Positions 10,452 to 19,794 of a DNA stretch of 64,000 bases are shown here, piece after piece; within the stretch, counting starts at the first letter, position 1; every line of letters begins with the position of its first letter. The notes beneath the pieces are model-generated. The model was not told the DNA's origin, searched no databases, and saw only the letters and a program-made list of their open reading frames with translations. The DNA comes from a virus. Its lineage: Duplodnaviria; Caudoviricetes. The DNA is taken from the IMG/VR virus record IMGVR_UViG_3300043812_000026, one strand, 5' to 3'. Both the position numbers and the translations under genes were made by a program.

Positions 10452-10830
10452 ATGGTTAGGGACTAGCCGTGGTAAGATAGCAAAGTTCTGTAAGTTAGGT
10501 ATTCAGAATACTGATGTAAGATCCTAAATACTACCTTGTGTTCCCAGAAACTTAGTCATTCATGACCGAGTAGTTCACTATAATAACTGTTGACAGATAT
10601 GTTAACGAATCTGATTTTAACAAGTTGTACCTAGCATAAAGGCGTTCCTATTTTATTACAAGTTTAATATGGGATTATCTTACGTCCAGCTAGAAATTAC
10701 AGCTAATCGCATAAAACAGTTCCTATTTAAAATTGACTCGAAATCAACCTACAGTTTACTGTTAGCGATTAATGAAAGTTCCTTATAGCGGGTACATAGC
10801 GTGCACAGCCCGTTGTAGGGAACTTTTTAC
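10452..10830 (+). ncRNA. Candidate structured ncRNA/leader with two covarying repeat units and a terminal hairpin
   Basis: ORF-free; multiple helices; units at 10631-10693 and 10704-10771; long hairpin 10776-10826 followed by a U-run. Confidence 0.6.
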
Positions 10831-10852
10831 ATACAAGAAAGGAAGTATAATA

Positions 10853-12946
10853 ATGAAAAACTTTTCATATGCTATGTTAAATTCAATTAATGACGTAACT
10901 ATTCGCTTATTTAAGGGAGTAGATATGGATATTCAGGGGGATAAGGTTTCCCGTTCTGCTACAGAAGTTCAAAAAATGGCTAGAAACGCTATGAGTTACG
11001 GGCTTATGTTTGATACTGAAATCCTAAAGTCTGTTTCCGTAATGGCATTAAAAGATATTTTCAATACAGCAAAAAAATATTACGGAATTAGTAATAGTAT
11101 GGTTAATTCAACCTTCTTCCAGACTTTAGATCAGAATATTAATACTCCTACTTATATGCGAATGTATATGCAGGCTCTTAACTACTTGCAAACATATGGT
11201 GGAGTTAATGTAACTAGTCACGAAACTGTTCAGTTTGGCTCTAATCGGCAATTAGACGATAGTATTAAATTAGATTTACAACAAAACTTTACAGTCATTT
11301 CTGCTTTTACAACCGAAGAATTAAATCAAAAGGTTCAGTCTTTACTTTACAGTGGTATGGCTTTAGAATCTAAAGCTGTTGAGGATTTAATTTACTTAAT
11401 TAGTAAACTGAATCTAAAAATTGAAATTAGTAAAGTTAAGAACCGTGAAGCTATGATTAAGCTTAGCAAGGAGTTAGAGCTTTATCCAGCAAATCCAGAT
11501 ATGTTTATGAATTACATTTACAGTTTAGTTACTGGTGATACAATGCTGGTAAAGAACGATCAAGCTTACCTTAAATTTAATGATATGCTCCTTGATTCTA
11601 ATTCTACTAATGACTTTGTTTATTCATTAATGCACGAATATGACAGTAACCATTCAACGCCTTCACTAAGATCATTAGTTAATCGTTACCACAAGATGTT
11701 CTTAATCCTACGTAAGAATGCTCCTTCAAGAGAAGAAAGACGTTTCTACAATCGTATCATGCGTCAAGGTAAGAATACTAAGAAAAATTACCGTCAAAAA
11801 GGTATTTTAGATCAGTTGCCAGAATACATTAAAGGTGAAGTATCTTTTACTGAAAAGCAGATTTTAGGTGCTTTATCTAATGCTAGTACCTATAAATTAG
11901 CTCGTATTTATACTTATCTAGTTAACCTAAATAAGAAAGATAAGAATGGATCGCTATATCGAATCCGTAACGGTAAGTCTTATTATGTATCTGGTAAGGA
12001 AGACCTCGATGATATTTTTAACTCATTTATCTCCTTTAAGAATGTTGCTGATAATAAAGTGATTAAGGATTTAGTTTCTAAGATTGTAGATGAGCTTCTC
12101 CAGCGGGGACAAAATGCTTTTGCTGATAACGATAATAAAACTGTTTACTATATTCCGGGTGGGCTATATTATAGCATTCCTACCTCTGGTAAGCAGTTTA
12201 CTGGTAATATTCCAGATTACACTAGCTTTGACTTCCAATTGACTGGTGACGAACGACTTGGTGTAGGTATCCACTGGGACAAGCAAGCAGATCTCGACTT
12301 ACACGCTGTTACCTTAGATGGTGATACCTTTGGTTGGAATACTGATTGGTTGGACGATGATAGTAAGGTTGTCTATTCTGGTGATATGACACGTTTAGAT
12401 GATAGTGGAAATGCTAGTGAAATTATGTCCCTTTCTAAGGACTTAGATAAACCAGTCTTATTATCTGTATCTCCATACTATGTTGACGGGGGCTACAAAG
12501 ATTTCAACTTTGACTTATTTGTAACTCGTTTTAATCAAGGAAAACTTAGTTCAGATTTAAACTCAACGCCTGAGGTTTATGTTAAAAGTATCTCCAAAGA
12601 TGCTTTTAACATTAATAAGTTATCCTTTAAGAATCAAAGTACCATGACTCTAGGGGTGATTATTCCTCGTGGGGACGGAAAATTTAGCTTTGTAATTACT
12701 AATTTTAATTTCGGTGCAGTACACGTCCCAAACCAAGATCAGAATAAGCAATTATTAAGCTACCTCAATGATTATACTGAAAATGTTCCGCTCTTAAATA
12801 ATATTCTCGGTGGTAAGTTAGTTGATGATAAAGACTTATTACCACACTACACAGAACAAGGTTACAAGGTAGTGGACTTATCGCCAGCCAATGTAACTGT
12901 TGATACTTTCACTGATTTAATTGATGAGTTAGATGAAAACAAATAG
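10853..12946 (+). CDS. Large uncharacterised protein with C-terminal TerD-like domain (697 aa)
   Basis: GIHW..ADLDLH..GWN..VYSGDMT..ASE resembles TerD-family DLDL/SGD motifs. ATG 10853 follows SD AAAGGAAG, so the ORF-track start at 10772 is unlikely. Confidence 0.65.
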   Translation: MKNFSYAMLNSINDVTIRLFKGVDMDIQGDKVSRSATEVQKMARNAMSYGLMFDTEILKSVSVMALKDIFNTAKKYYGISNSMVNSTFFQTLDQNINTPTYMRMYMQALNYLQTYGGVNVTSHETVQFGSNRQLDDSIKLDLQQNFTVISAFTTEELNQKVQSLLYSGMALESKAVEDLIYLISKLNLKIEISKVKNREAMIKLSKELELYPANPDMFMNYIYSLVTGDTMLVKNDQAYLKFNDMLLDSNSTNDFVYSLMHEYDSNHSTPSLRSLVNRYHKMFLILRKNAPSREERRFYNRIMRQGKNTKKNYRQKGILDQLPEYIKGEVSFTEKQILGALSNASTYKLARIYTYLVNLNKKDKNGSLYRIRNGKSYYVSGKEDLDDIFNSFISFKNVADNKVIKDLVSKIVDELLQRGQNAFADNDNKTVYYIPGGLYYSIPTSGKQFTGNIPDYTSFDFQLTGDERLGVGIHWDKQADLDLHAVTLDGDTFGWNTDWLDDDSKVVYSGDMTRLDDSGNASEIMSLSKDLDKPVLLSVSPYYVDGGYKDFNFDLFVTRFNQGKLSSDLNSTPEVYVKSISKDAFNINKLSFKNQSTMTLGVIIPRGDGKFSFVITNFNFGAVHVPNQDQNKQLLSYLNDYTENVPLLNNILGGKLVDDKDLLPHYTEQGYKVVDLSPANVTVDTFTDLIDELDENK

Positions 12947-12955
12947 TTAATTAAT

Positions 12956-12978
12956 AAGAGACTTTTAGGTCTCTTTTT
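12956..12978 (+). terminator. Intrinsic terminator
   Basis: aagagac-tttta-ggtctctt followed by T-run. Confidence 0.75.
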
Positions 12979-13002
12979 ATTTTTAATTTTTTGTACAAAA
13001 GT

Positions 13003-13056
13003 AGTTGAAAATTCAACTAAAAGTGTTATACTTATAATTGAAATAAGGAAAGGAAG
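13003..13056 (+). promoter_or_regulatory. Repeated promoter with palindrome over the -35 box, plus SD
   Basis: AGTTGAAAATTCAACTAAAAGTGTTATACT; close copies at ~17660 (+), ~36665-36695 (-) and ~55554-55583 (-). Confidence 0.75.
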
Positions 13057-13063
13057 GGATAAG

Positions 13064-13612
13064 ATGAGTTTATATGGTAATTATGTTCCAGAAAACATCG
13101 AAATGACTTATAGTAAATTCCAAGAACTAGAAGGTAAGCAAAAAGCTCTACAAGAAGAATACGAAGATAAAGCTAAGTTTATGATGAGTGACTATAATTT
13201 ATATGATCCTAATATCAAAACTCTGGTAACTGGTTATTCTTTAGGTGAAGTTATTTTTAGTACTTGGGAACATGATTTATATGATGATGTTACTAGTATC
13301 TTTTATGACCTAGTTGCAAGTGTTGAAAAAGCAATTTATATGAAAAAAGGTAAAAAAGTTGCTAATGATACTGATCTTGTCGGTAACTTTGTAAAATGTT
13401 TTAGTAAGTCTTACGATAATGACTTGGCTAAATCTGATGCTGAAGAATTTTGCTTCGGTCTTGATGATTGGGTTGAAGAATTAAAGATTGAACATGATAG
13501 TCAATATTTCTATGTTCCAGACCCCCTGCTTCTCTTACAGAATACAGACAATAATGACATAAAAGGGCTTGCCGAAATTATTTATGAAGGCGGGGTTAAG
13601 AAAGTATGCTGA
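13064..13612 (+). CDS. Hypothetical acidic protein
   Basis: ORF with strong SD and own promoter. Confidence 0.7.
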   Translation: MSLYGNYVPENIEMTYSKFQELEGKQKALQEEYEDKAKFMMSDYNLYDPNIKTLVTGYSLGEVIFSTWEHDLYDDVTSIFYDLVASVEKAIYMKKGKKVANDTDLVGNFVKCFSKSYDNDLAKSDAEEFCFGLDDWVEELKIEHDSQYFYVPDPLLLLQNTDNNDIKGLAEIIYEGGVKKVC

Positions 13613-13860
13613 GTTTACAGACGGTTAAATTAGTTAAGGTATTAAAGGAACGTCCTTTACCAGAAAAGATTGCTAAAGAACTTGAAAGTTTAAAACTAAA
13701 CCCTAACAATTATGTGTTTGTTGACTATGATGTTACTTGTCCTATTGGTCATCGTCATTATACAGATCGTATCTGTCTTAAAGACGAATGGGAAGTTCTT
13801 AAATCAACTGGTTATGAATTAGAGTATGTAGATTACGACAAGATTATCCCTAATGGCTAA
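13606..13860 (+). CDS. Hypothetical protein
   Basis: ORF overlapping the previous stop. Confidence 0.6.
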   Translation: MLSLQTVKLVKVLKERPLPEKIAKELESLKLNPNNYVFVDYDVTCPIGHRHYTDRICLKDEWEVLKSTGYELEYVDYDKIIPNG

Positions 13861-13933
13861 AAATTGTGCTAGCGTTTTTGTGATTTGTTGGTAAATTTTG
13901 TTTAATGAATTTAGAAGTTAAAGGACTGTTATA

Positions 13934-14530
13934 ATGTTTAAAGTATATTTTAATTATGGTTGTATGAAATCTGGTAAAACCGCTGATTTATTAATTACAG
14001 CACATAATAATAGAGAGAAAGGCGTACCTGTTTATATCCTTTCTCCTAAAATTGATAATCGTAATGGTGAGGGTGTAGTTTCTACTCGAATTGGTATCTC
14101 AGCTAAGGCTGATTTTATCTTGGATAAGTATGATAAAGAATTACATGACTTTCTTATCAAAGTTTATAATGAAGACGGAATGATTATTATTGACGAATGC
14201 CAATTTGTTGATCCACTTACGGTTCATTCAATGTGTAAGTATTGTCGGGATTTAGATTTTAGTAATACAAGCCAAAAGACTAATTTTAGTATTATTGCTT
14301 ATGGTCTTCTAACTGATTATCGTTCTAGCTTATTTGACGGAACTATTGCTTGGCTAGACGAAGCAGATTCAATTAATAAGATTAAATTTAGCTGTGCTTA
14401 TTGTTCCAGACAGGCTACTCGTAATCTGCTAACTAATAAAGTAGATCAAGATGGTAATGTTTTAATCGGTGATAGTGAATATAAGCCTGTCTGTTCTTAT
14501 CACTATTGGAAGTATAATAATAATTTTTAG
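13934..14530 (+). CDS. tdk: Thymidine kinase (type II)
   Basis: YGCMKSGKT, IDECQF, YGLLTDYR, CxxC and Y.PVC motifs. Confidence 0.93.
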   Translation: MFKVYFNYGCMKSGKTADLLITAHNNREKGVPVYILSPKIDNRNGEGVVSTRIGISAKADFILDKYDKELHDFLIKVYNEDGMIIIDECQFVDPLTVHSMCKYCRDLDFSNTSQKTNFSIIAYGLLTDYRSSLFDGTIAWLDEADSINKIKFSCAYCSRQATRNLLTNKVDQDGNVLIGDSEYKPVCSYHYWKYNNNF

Positions 14531-14550
14531 CTAATATGGAGTGGGAGTAA

Positions 14551-14703
14551 ATGAATAAGTATATTGGAATAGGTTTGTTGATTGCGTTTTTAGTAGTTCT
14601 AAAACTATTTTCAGTAGCGATTGCTAGTGCAATTACAATTACATTAATTTTAGGAGTTGCACTAGTTTGTGATTTGTTAGAAAGGAATAATTTAGATGAA
14701 TGA
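14551..14703 (+). CDS. Small membrane protein (50 aa), not in ORF track
   Basis: SD GGGAG; MNKYIGIGLLIAFLVVLKLF...; stop overlaps next start. Confidence 0.65.
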   Translation: MNKYIGIGLLIAFLVVLKLFSVAIASAITITLILGVALVCDLLERNNLDE

Positions 14704-14884
14704 TTTAGAAAAAGCTTATTGGTTAGTATTTGATAGTGGACTTACGCCTTATGAATTGTCAAAGAAGTTAGGTGTATCTACTACTTTAGTTTATCGTTGG
14801 CAAAAGGATAGTGATACCCTACGCCGTATTCAGCGAAAAACCTTAGATAAGTTGGTAAGTGTTTATGACTCGATTAAAAAATAA
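14696..14884 (+). CDS. Small HTH DNA-binding protein
   Basis: TPYELSKKLGVSTTLVYRW. Confidence 0.75.
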   Translation: MNDLEKAYWLVFDSGLTPYELSKKLGVSTTLVYRWQKDSDTLRRIQRKTLDKLVSVYDSIKK

Positions 14885-15015
14885 AAAGTTTAGTTTTAAT
14901 AAAGTGGTAGCAGGATTAACCTTGGTTGAAGTCTTGCTGTTTTTAACCTACTTCGATTGGTTCTTGTATTTGTTTCCTATATGGATAATTTTAGGCAGTT
15001 GGTGGGTGATGAAAA

Positions 15016-15537
15016 ATGTCTGATAGTACAAAAGAAGTTTTAGATACCTTGGATCGAGCGTACGTTAATGAGTTTATAAAACATCACATTCTATATAAGA
15101 AGATAGATGATTATAATTACCTGCTAATGCACCAAGGAAAGTTCTGCTATTTGTTCTGTACAGGTATTGCTCGTCCATTTTTAGCTTATTATCCCTTGTT
15201 AAAAAAATTTAATTCTGATATTTTCAATAATGTTTTAAAACAGATTATTACTAAAGTTTCTAATTCAAATACTAAAGAATACGGTTTTAGTACTATACTT
15301 AGTAGTTCTAAGTATCCAAACTACGGAGACGTAATTGGAGATCTTAATTTCTATCAAGGTAGGTGTAAAAATTATGAAAATACGATTCATAAGAATAAAT
15401 GTGCCTATCACTGTAGAATTAAAAATGGGTATCTTGATGAGTCTAATCGTATTTTGTTAGATAGAATTAGACTGTCATTGTTAGGTTATAAGAATTTTAA
15501 GAAAATGCGACAAAAGGTCTATGGTGATTTATTATGA
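15016..15537 (+). CDS. Hypothetical protein
   Basis: ORF in operon context. Confidence 0.6.
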   Translation: MSDSTKEVLDTLDRAYVNEFIKHHILYKKIDDYNYLLMHQGKFCYLFCTGIARPFLAYYPLLKKFNSDIFNNVLKQIITKVSNSNTKEYGFSTILSSSKYPNYGDVIGDLNFYQGRCKNYENTIHKNKCAYHCRIKNGYLDESNRILLDRIRLSLLGYKNFKKMRQKVYGDLL

Positions 15538-15710
15538 AAAGGTTTTTAAGTGCTTGTGGTGTTATCTTAGGTGTTGTAGCAATTGGTGTTTGCTATACTC
15601 TGTATCTCTATTTAATTTTCTCTGTTTTAACTGGTTTGATTAGCGTGGTTGTAGCTCTTATTCCAGCTATCCTAGTTTTAATATTCTTGGCGGTGCATTC
15701 CATTGACTAA
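15534..15710 (+). CDS. Small membrane protein (58 aa), not in ORF track
   Basis: ATGA overlap with upstream gene; two hydrophobic segments. Confidence 0.65.
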   Translation: MKRFLSACGVILGVVAIGVCYTLYLYLIFSVLTGLISVVVALIPAILVLIFLAVHSID

Positions 15711-15960
15711 AAGTAAAATTGTATATACCTTAGAGGATAATTATAAGTTAATCTTAATCCGTGATACCATTGAAGACGACGCTGTATTTTATATTACAGG
15801 TATAAGTAGTACTATTCATTTGCGTCAATTACCTAAAACTGACTTGCATACATTAATAAAATCAATTACTGATGACTTGCCTGCTTGGATTCATGCGGTT
15901 TATATTGATAGAATGTTAATGTGGTGGAAGTATGATCAGATAAAACCAATAACAATATAA
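15703..15960 (+). CDS. Hypothetical protein
   Basis: ORF in operon context. Confidence 0.55.
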   Translation: MTKSKIVYTLEDNYKLILIRDTIEDDAVFYITGISSTIHLRQLPKTDLHTLIKSITDDLPAWIHAVYIDRMLMWWKYDQIKPITI

Positions 15961-15973
15961 AGGAGGCTTTTTA

Positions 15974-16546
15974 TTGGTTTACTTTATCTCACCTTATATT
16001 ACTGCTGTTAGAGCGAAAAAATATAAGCGTAATGTGTTGCAACAAATTAATCACACCTATACTGCAACCCGTTATTTAATTTATATTCCGGTTTTTATTG
16101 CTGGTTTAATTCCTAATGACTTAAATAATCCTAAACAGTACTTTTACTATGTAGGGGCAATGGTTCTTGTTTGCTTGTTAGCTTACTTATGTATTCGTTT
16201 GATTGCTTACTATTTTAAGTATTCGGTTAATAGAACTTCAATTGGCTTGCTTGATTATGTGATCTTGTATGAGACCAAAGAAGACCTGCCTTTAGACACA
16301 GTTAATCCATTGATTCCAACTTTTGAATATAATCGTACTCACCCTAAGAATAAGGTCTATTTTGGTGGCTATACCTTAGAGGAATTCCGAAAGGCTATGC
16401 AGGAGGTTTATGAAGCTAAAAACGATCGGCGATATGGAGAAGATACTCACCGTTATTTAGCTTTACTATTCCATGATATGGAAGATTATTATATCCATAC
16501 TTTGTCTGACCCCGCAGTAGAGCAAGAGGTGATTAAACATGACTAA
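15974..16546 (+). CDS. Hypothetical membrane protein
   Basis: SD AAGGAGG; two hydrophobic segments. Confidence 0.65.
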   Translation: MVYFISPYITAVRAKKYKRNVLQQINHTYTATRYLIYIPVFIAGLIPNDLNNPKQYFYYVGAMVLVCLLAYLCIRLIAYYFKYSVNRTSIGLLDYVILYETKEDLPLDTVNPLIPTFEYNRTHPKNKVYFGGYTLEEFRKAMQEVYEAKNDRRYGEDTHRYLALLFHDMEDYYIHTLSDPAVEQEVIKHD

Positions 16547-17024
16547 TGATAATGATAAATTAGATAAGGTAGAAAAAGCTTTAGACAAAATACGTGACTC
16601 CTTTCTGTTTCCTCGCCCAGAACTGAACAGCACTTTGGAAAAGAATACTAGAAATCTACTTGATGTTAGCTATTCACTTCTCTATTCGGCAAAGGAACAG
16701 CAATCTGAAATTGAAAAATTAAAAGAAGACTTAGCACGAAATAGTATATCAGACGAAGATCAAGTAGTTATCTGGGTTGATAATAAATATTATCTAATTA
16801 TGAAATTGTTATACAATAATGTATCATTTGCATTGTCAAAGCCTCATTGTAATTGTGTTGGTTGTTATTCCTATGGGGATGCTAAGTTTGTTTTAGATGG
16901 TAGTGATTATCATTCTTTACACCTTTTAGAGGATCATAATGTTGAGCTTATCCCGATAAAAGATTTTAACAAAAAACTAGAAACTAGTTATAGTTTCGTG
17001 GGGTTAGATTTTCATGAAGAATAA
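16539..17024 (+). CDS. Hypothetical protein
   Basis: SD GAGGTG; overlaps neighbours. Confidence 0.65.
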   Translation: MTNDNDKLDKVEKALDKIRDSFLFPRPELNSTLEKNTRNLLDVSYSLLYSAKEQQSEIEKLKEDLARNSISDEDQVVIWVDNKYYLIMKLLYNNVSFALSKPHCNCVGCYSYGDAKFVLDGSDYHSLHLLEDHNVELIPIKDFNKKLETSYSFVGLDFHEE

Positions 17025-17610
17025 ATGGATTGTAATTTATTTTATTTTAGGCATTTTAGGGTTAGCTCTATTATTATTATTGGTTATCCCAGTTAATATT
17101 AAAACTGTTCGTACGCAGACTATTAATGTTTCAGACTCTCCACAAGTTAAAGTGGATCATATTAATGCAACGGTTGATTATTATGGAATGCCTAGCGATT
17201 GGGCTGATCCAGATTCTAGCGTTGACTGGGATTCTCTGTATAGTTTTGAAGCTGATCTAATGGATAGTTCTGACAATTATTTAACAGAAGGTGATAGGGT
17301 AGTGGATGAGTCTGTAATTAGAACTCTTAATGCAGTACCAGCTTATAACTATTATTCCCATACTAAGCACAGTTATCAAAAGGTTACACATCGTGTTACT
17401 AATATTTATGGTTTGCATTGGAATTACAGTTCTGATAATGATCATGATACATCTAAAATTGTACAGTCTAATGATAAATCTTATATCCCTATCTATTTAG
17501 ATATTGATTGTCACTATAAACAAGGTAAGTATTCCCGTTCTAGGGATCTGCACTATAAGCTTGTGCCTAATGGGGATAAGTATGCAATGGTTAGTGGTGC
17601 TGATGATTAA
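17014..17610 (+). CDS. Membrane-anchored/secreted hypothetical protein
   Basis: Basic N-terminus plus long hydrophobic stretch. Confidence 0.65.
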   Translation: MKNKWIVIYFILGILGLALLLLLVIPVNIKTVRTQTINVSDSPQVKVDHINATVDYYGMPSDWADPDSSVDWDSLYSFEADLMDSSDNYLTEGDRVVDESVIRTLNAVPAYNYYSHTKHSYQKVTHRVTNIYGLHWNYSSDNDHDTSKIVQSNDKSYIPIYLDIDCHYKQGKYSRSRDLHYKLVPNGDKYAMVSGADD

Positions 17611-17721
17611 ACTAAAGTCCTTTATAGGGCTTTTTATTTTTATCTTTTTACACAAAAATAGTTGAATATTTAACTAAAAGTGTTATACTTATAATTGAAA
17701 TAAGGAAAGGAAGTTGTAAGG

Positions 17722-17877
17722 ATGGTTTTATACTTAGTTTACATTGCTCTTTGTTTTGCCTTTCTATGGGGCATTACTCAAGCATTCCCATATTTTAAGC
17801 TTTTCATCTACTTAGGTGGGTGGATATTCTGTACTGTTGTCTATTTATTTTTGGTACTATATAATCCGGGGTGTTAA
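17722..17877 (+). CDS. Small membrane protein (51 aa), not in ORF track
   Basis: Follows repeated promoter and SD AAGGAAG; hydrophobic. Confidence 0.6.
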   Translation: MVLYLVYIALCFAFLWGITQAFPYFKLFIYLGGWIFCTVVYLFLVLYNPGC

Positions 17878-18151
17878 TAATGGTAATTCTATTAATTTTG
17901 CTTTTAATGACTACGTTTGATTTAATAACTTTGTTGGTTGTCAATAACATTAAGCATGGAGTGAGGTAACTGTTAATAAAAATGCAGAGCTATAAGAATG
18001 ATATAGAAACATATGCTATAGGTAAATCGTAGAAAGAATAAATGTAGGCGATTTATCAAGGATAATTGAATGAAACTAACTGAAAAATAGAAGAATTGTA
18101 AGTATTGTCATTATCCCTGGAAGAAAATCATTGTAGAGAGGTGGTAGAATA

Positions 18152-18346
18152 ATGTTAACAACACAAGCACGTTTGGCAAAGAAGAATAAACAGCCGGTTA
18201 GGTTAGTTGGTGACCTGTATCGCATAATTGACATTAAGCACGTTAATGGAACAAGAAAGATGGTTGCCACAATTAAGAAAATAGGCTTGGATCAGTATCG
18301 ATATAAGCCAATTGATGTTGACGTTGATTATTTAGAACAAGCATAA
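18152..18346 (+). CDS. Small basic hypothetical protein
   Basis: SD GAGGTGG; followed by a terminator-like hairpin at ~18367-18405. Confidence 0.7.
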   Translation: MLTTQARLAKKNKQPVRLVGDLYRIIDIKHVNGTRKMVATIKKIGLDQYRYKPIDVDVDYLEQA

Positions 18347-18719
18347 CTATAGTGAATAACATATTAGAGACCAAAAATTTTATTATTAGATTTTGGTCTT
18401 TTTTGTTTTGCTTCCTTTTCTAAATTCCAGTTAGGTAAAAAGACGGGGGTGTACTAGAGGCAAGATAAAGATATAGATAGGGGTAAAACAAGGACATTAA
18501 TAGAGATAAAGATAGCTGTTCATGAATCGGGTGAACAGCAGAATTTCTAGTATAAAAATTTTTTGGGCTGGGGAATAGAGAACCTAGCCTTTTGTGAACC
18601 TAGCCTTCAAGATTAACGGGGGTGTGGTCTCAACCGTATTAACTAGACCCGAAGACTAGAAAACCTATTTAGCAAAATAAAAAAGCCCCTTCGGTAAAAA
18701 GTACCAAAGAAGCTAATAG

Positions 18720-18932
18720 TTAGATTAGGTTAAATTTTAATTTTAGGAATAAGACAATCAACAATAAACCAGCACCAGCAAAGCTTACTAGTATAGTGCA
18801 GACACCAGTGCAAGCCGTTGAGTATTCAATTCCGAGTAGTTTAGAAGTAGCCTTACAAGTTAGCTCCAGCAAGCTAATTAAAGCATTAGCAAGCAAATAG
18901 AATAAGTTATAAACACTAATTAATAAAGTCAT
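18720..18932 (-). CDS. Small membrane protein, early region
   Basis: Repeated promoter and SD AAGGAAG place the start at 18932. Confidence 0.6.
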   Translation of the reverse strand: MTLLISVYNLFYLLANALISLLELTCKATSKLLGIEYSTACTGVCTILVSFAGAGLLLIVLFLKLKFNLI

Positions 18933-19278
18933 GATAAAACTTCCTTTTTCTTTATTTCTTATTACATTATTATAATACAATAAGCATTTTATATTGTCAA
19001 TACATAATCATAAAATAAAAGGTTAATTATCATATAGCCTTAATTGCTTGTATAAGGCTTTCTAAGACGTTTTATGATAGTTAGGTGTAATTAATCATTA
19101 AAGCAATAAGACAAGCACAGACAAGCAAACAGACTAAAATAATAATAAACTGAGTTAAATAGATAAGAATAAAGGGGATGATTTATAATAATGTTGCAAA
19201 TGCAACAATCCATCCCCTGCATAGATAAGACTGATAATAAAGCAAAAATAAAAAGGACTTATGAAAAGCCCTTGAATA

Positions 19279-19707
19279 TTATTTAAATCCTAATTGGTCG
19301 TTAATGTAGTTCACAATGCTATCTGCTTGCGGGTCGGTTAAGTCTTCTTCAATATCAATATCAAACTCATCACTTAAATCATTTAACACGCATTCTATGT
19401 TAATATATGCAACCATATTAGCAACCTTTTTAGGGTCGCTTAAATCTGTATTAACTAATCCAAATTGTTCAGTTTCATAACTCTTGACGTACTCAATAGC
19501 ACCAAAGACACCGTTTAAATTAGTGCTTGCATAAAGCTGATCTTCCTCACTAAACTCTTCTAATGCTTGTGAAGCCTTATATGTTCCAATAATCCATAAA
19601 TTGTTGCTAGTAGTATTCATTTGAATATCTTCAAGTGAATTGCTTCCGTTTTCTAATGCATCCGCAATAGTTGATAACATAGTGTTGTAGTTAAATTCTT
19701 CAGTCAT
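19279..19707 (-). CDS. Acidic early protein
   Basis: Own promoter and SD; D/E-rich. Confidence 0.75.
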   Translation of the reverse strand: MTEEFNYNTMLSTIADALENGSNSLEDIQMNTTSNNLWIIGTYKASQALEEFSEEDQLYASTNLNGVFGAIEYVKSYETEQFGLVNTDLSDPKKVANMVAYINIECVLNDLSDEFDIDIEEDLTDPQADSIVNYINDQLGFK

Positions 19708-19794
19708 AATAATTACTTCCTTTTCTTTATTTATCTTACATTATAATAATAACATTGTTAGTTATTATTGTCAATAAAAAATTTAACTTTTTAT

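Noticed and set aside
10725-10775. tRNA-Ser gene
   Set aside because: Only an anticodon-arm-like hairpin; no D arm, T-loop or acceptor stem. No complete tRNA recognised in the window.
10452-10830. GOLLD/ROOL large RNA, T-box or group I intron
   Set aside because: Shorter than GOLLD/ROOL, no T-box UGGNACC bulge, no P7 elements, not inside a gene; cannot be fully excluded without an Rfam scan
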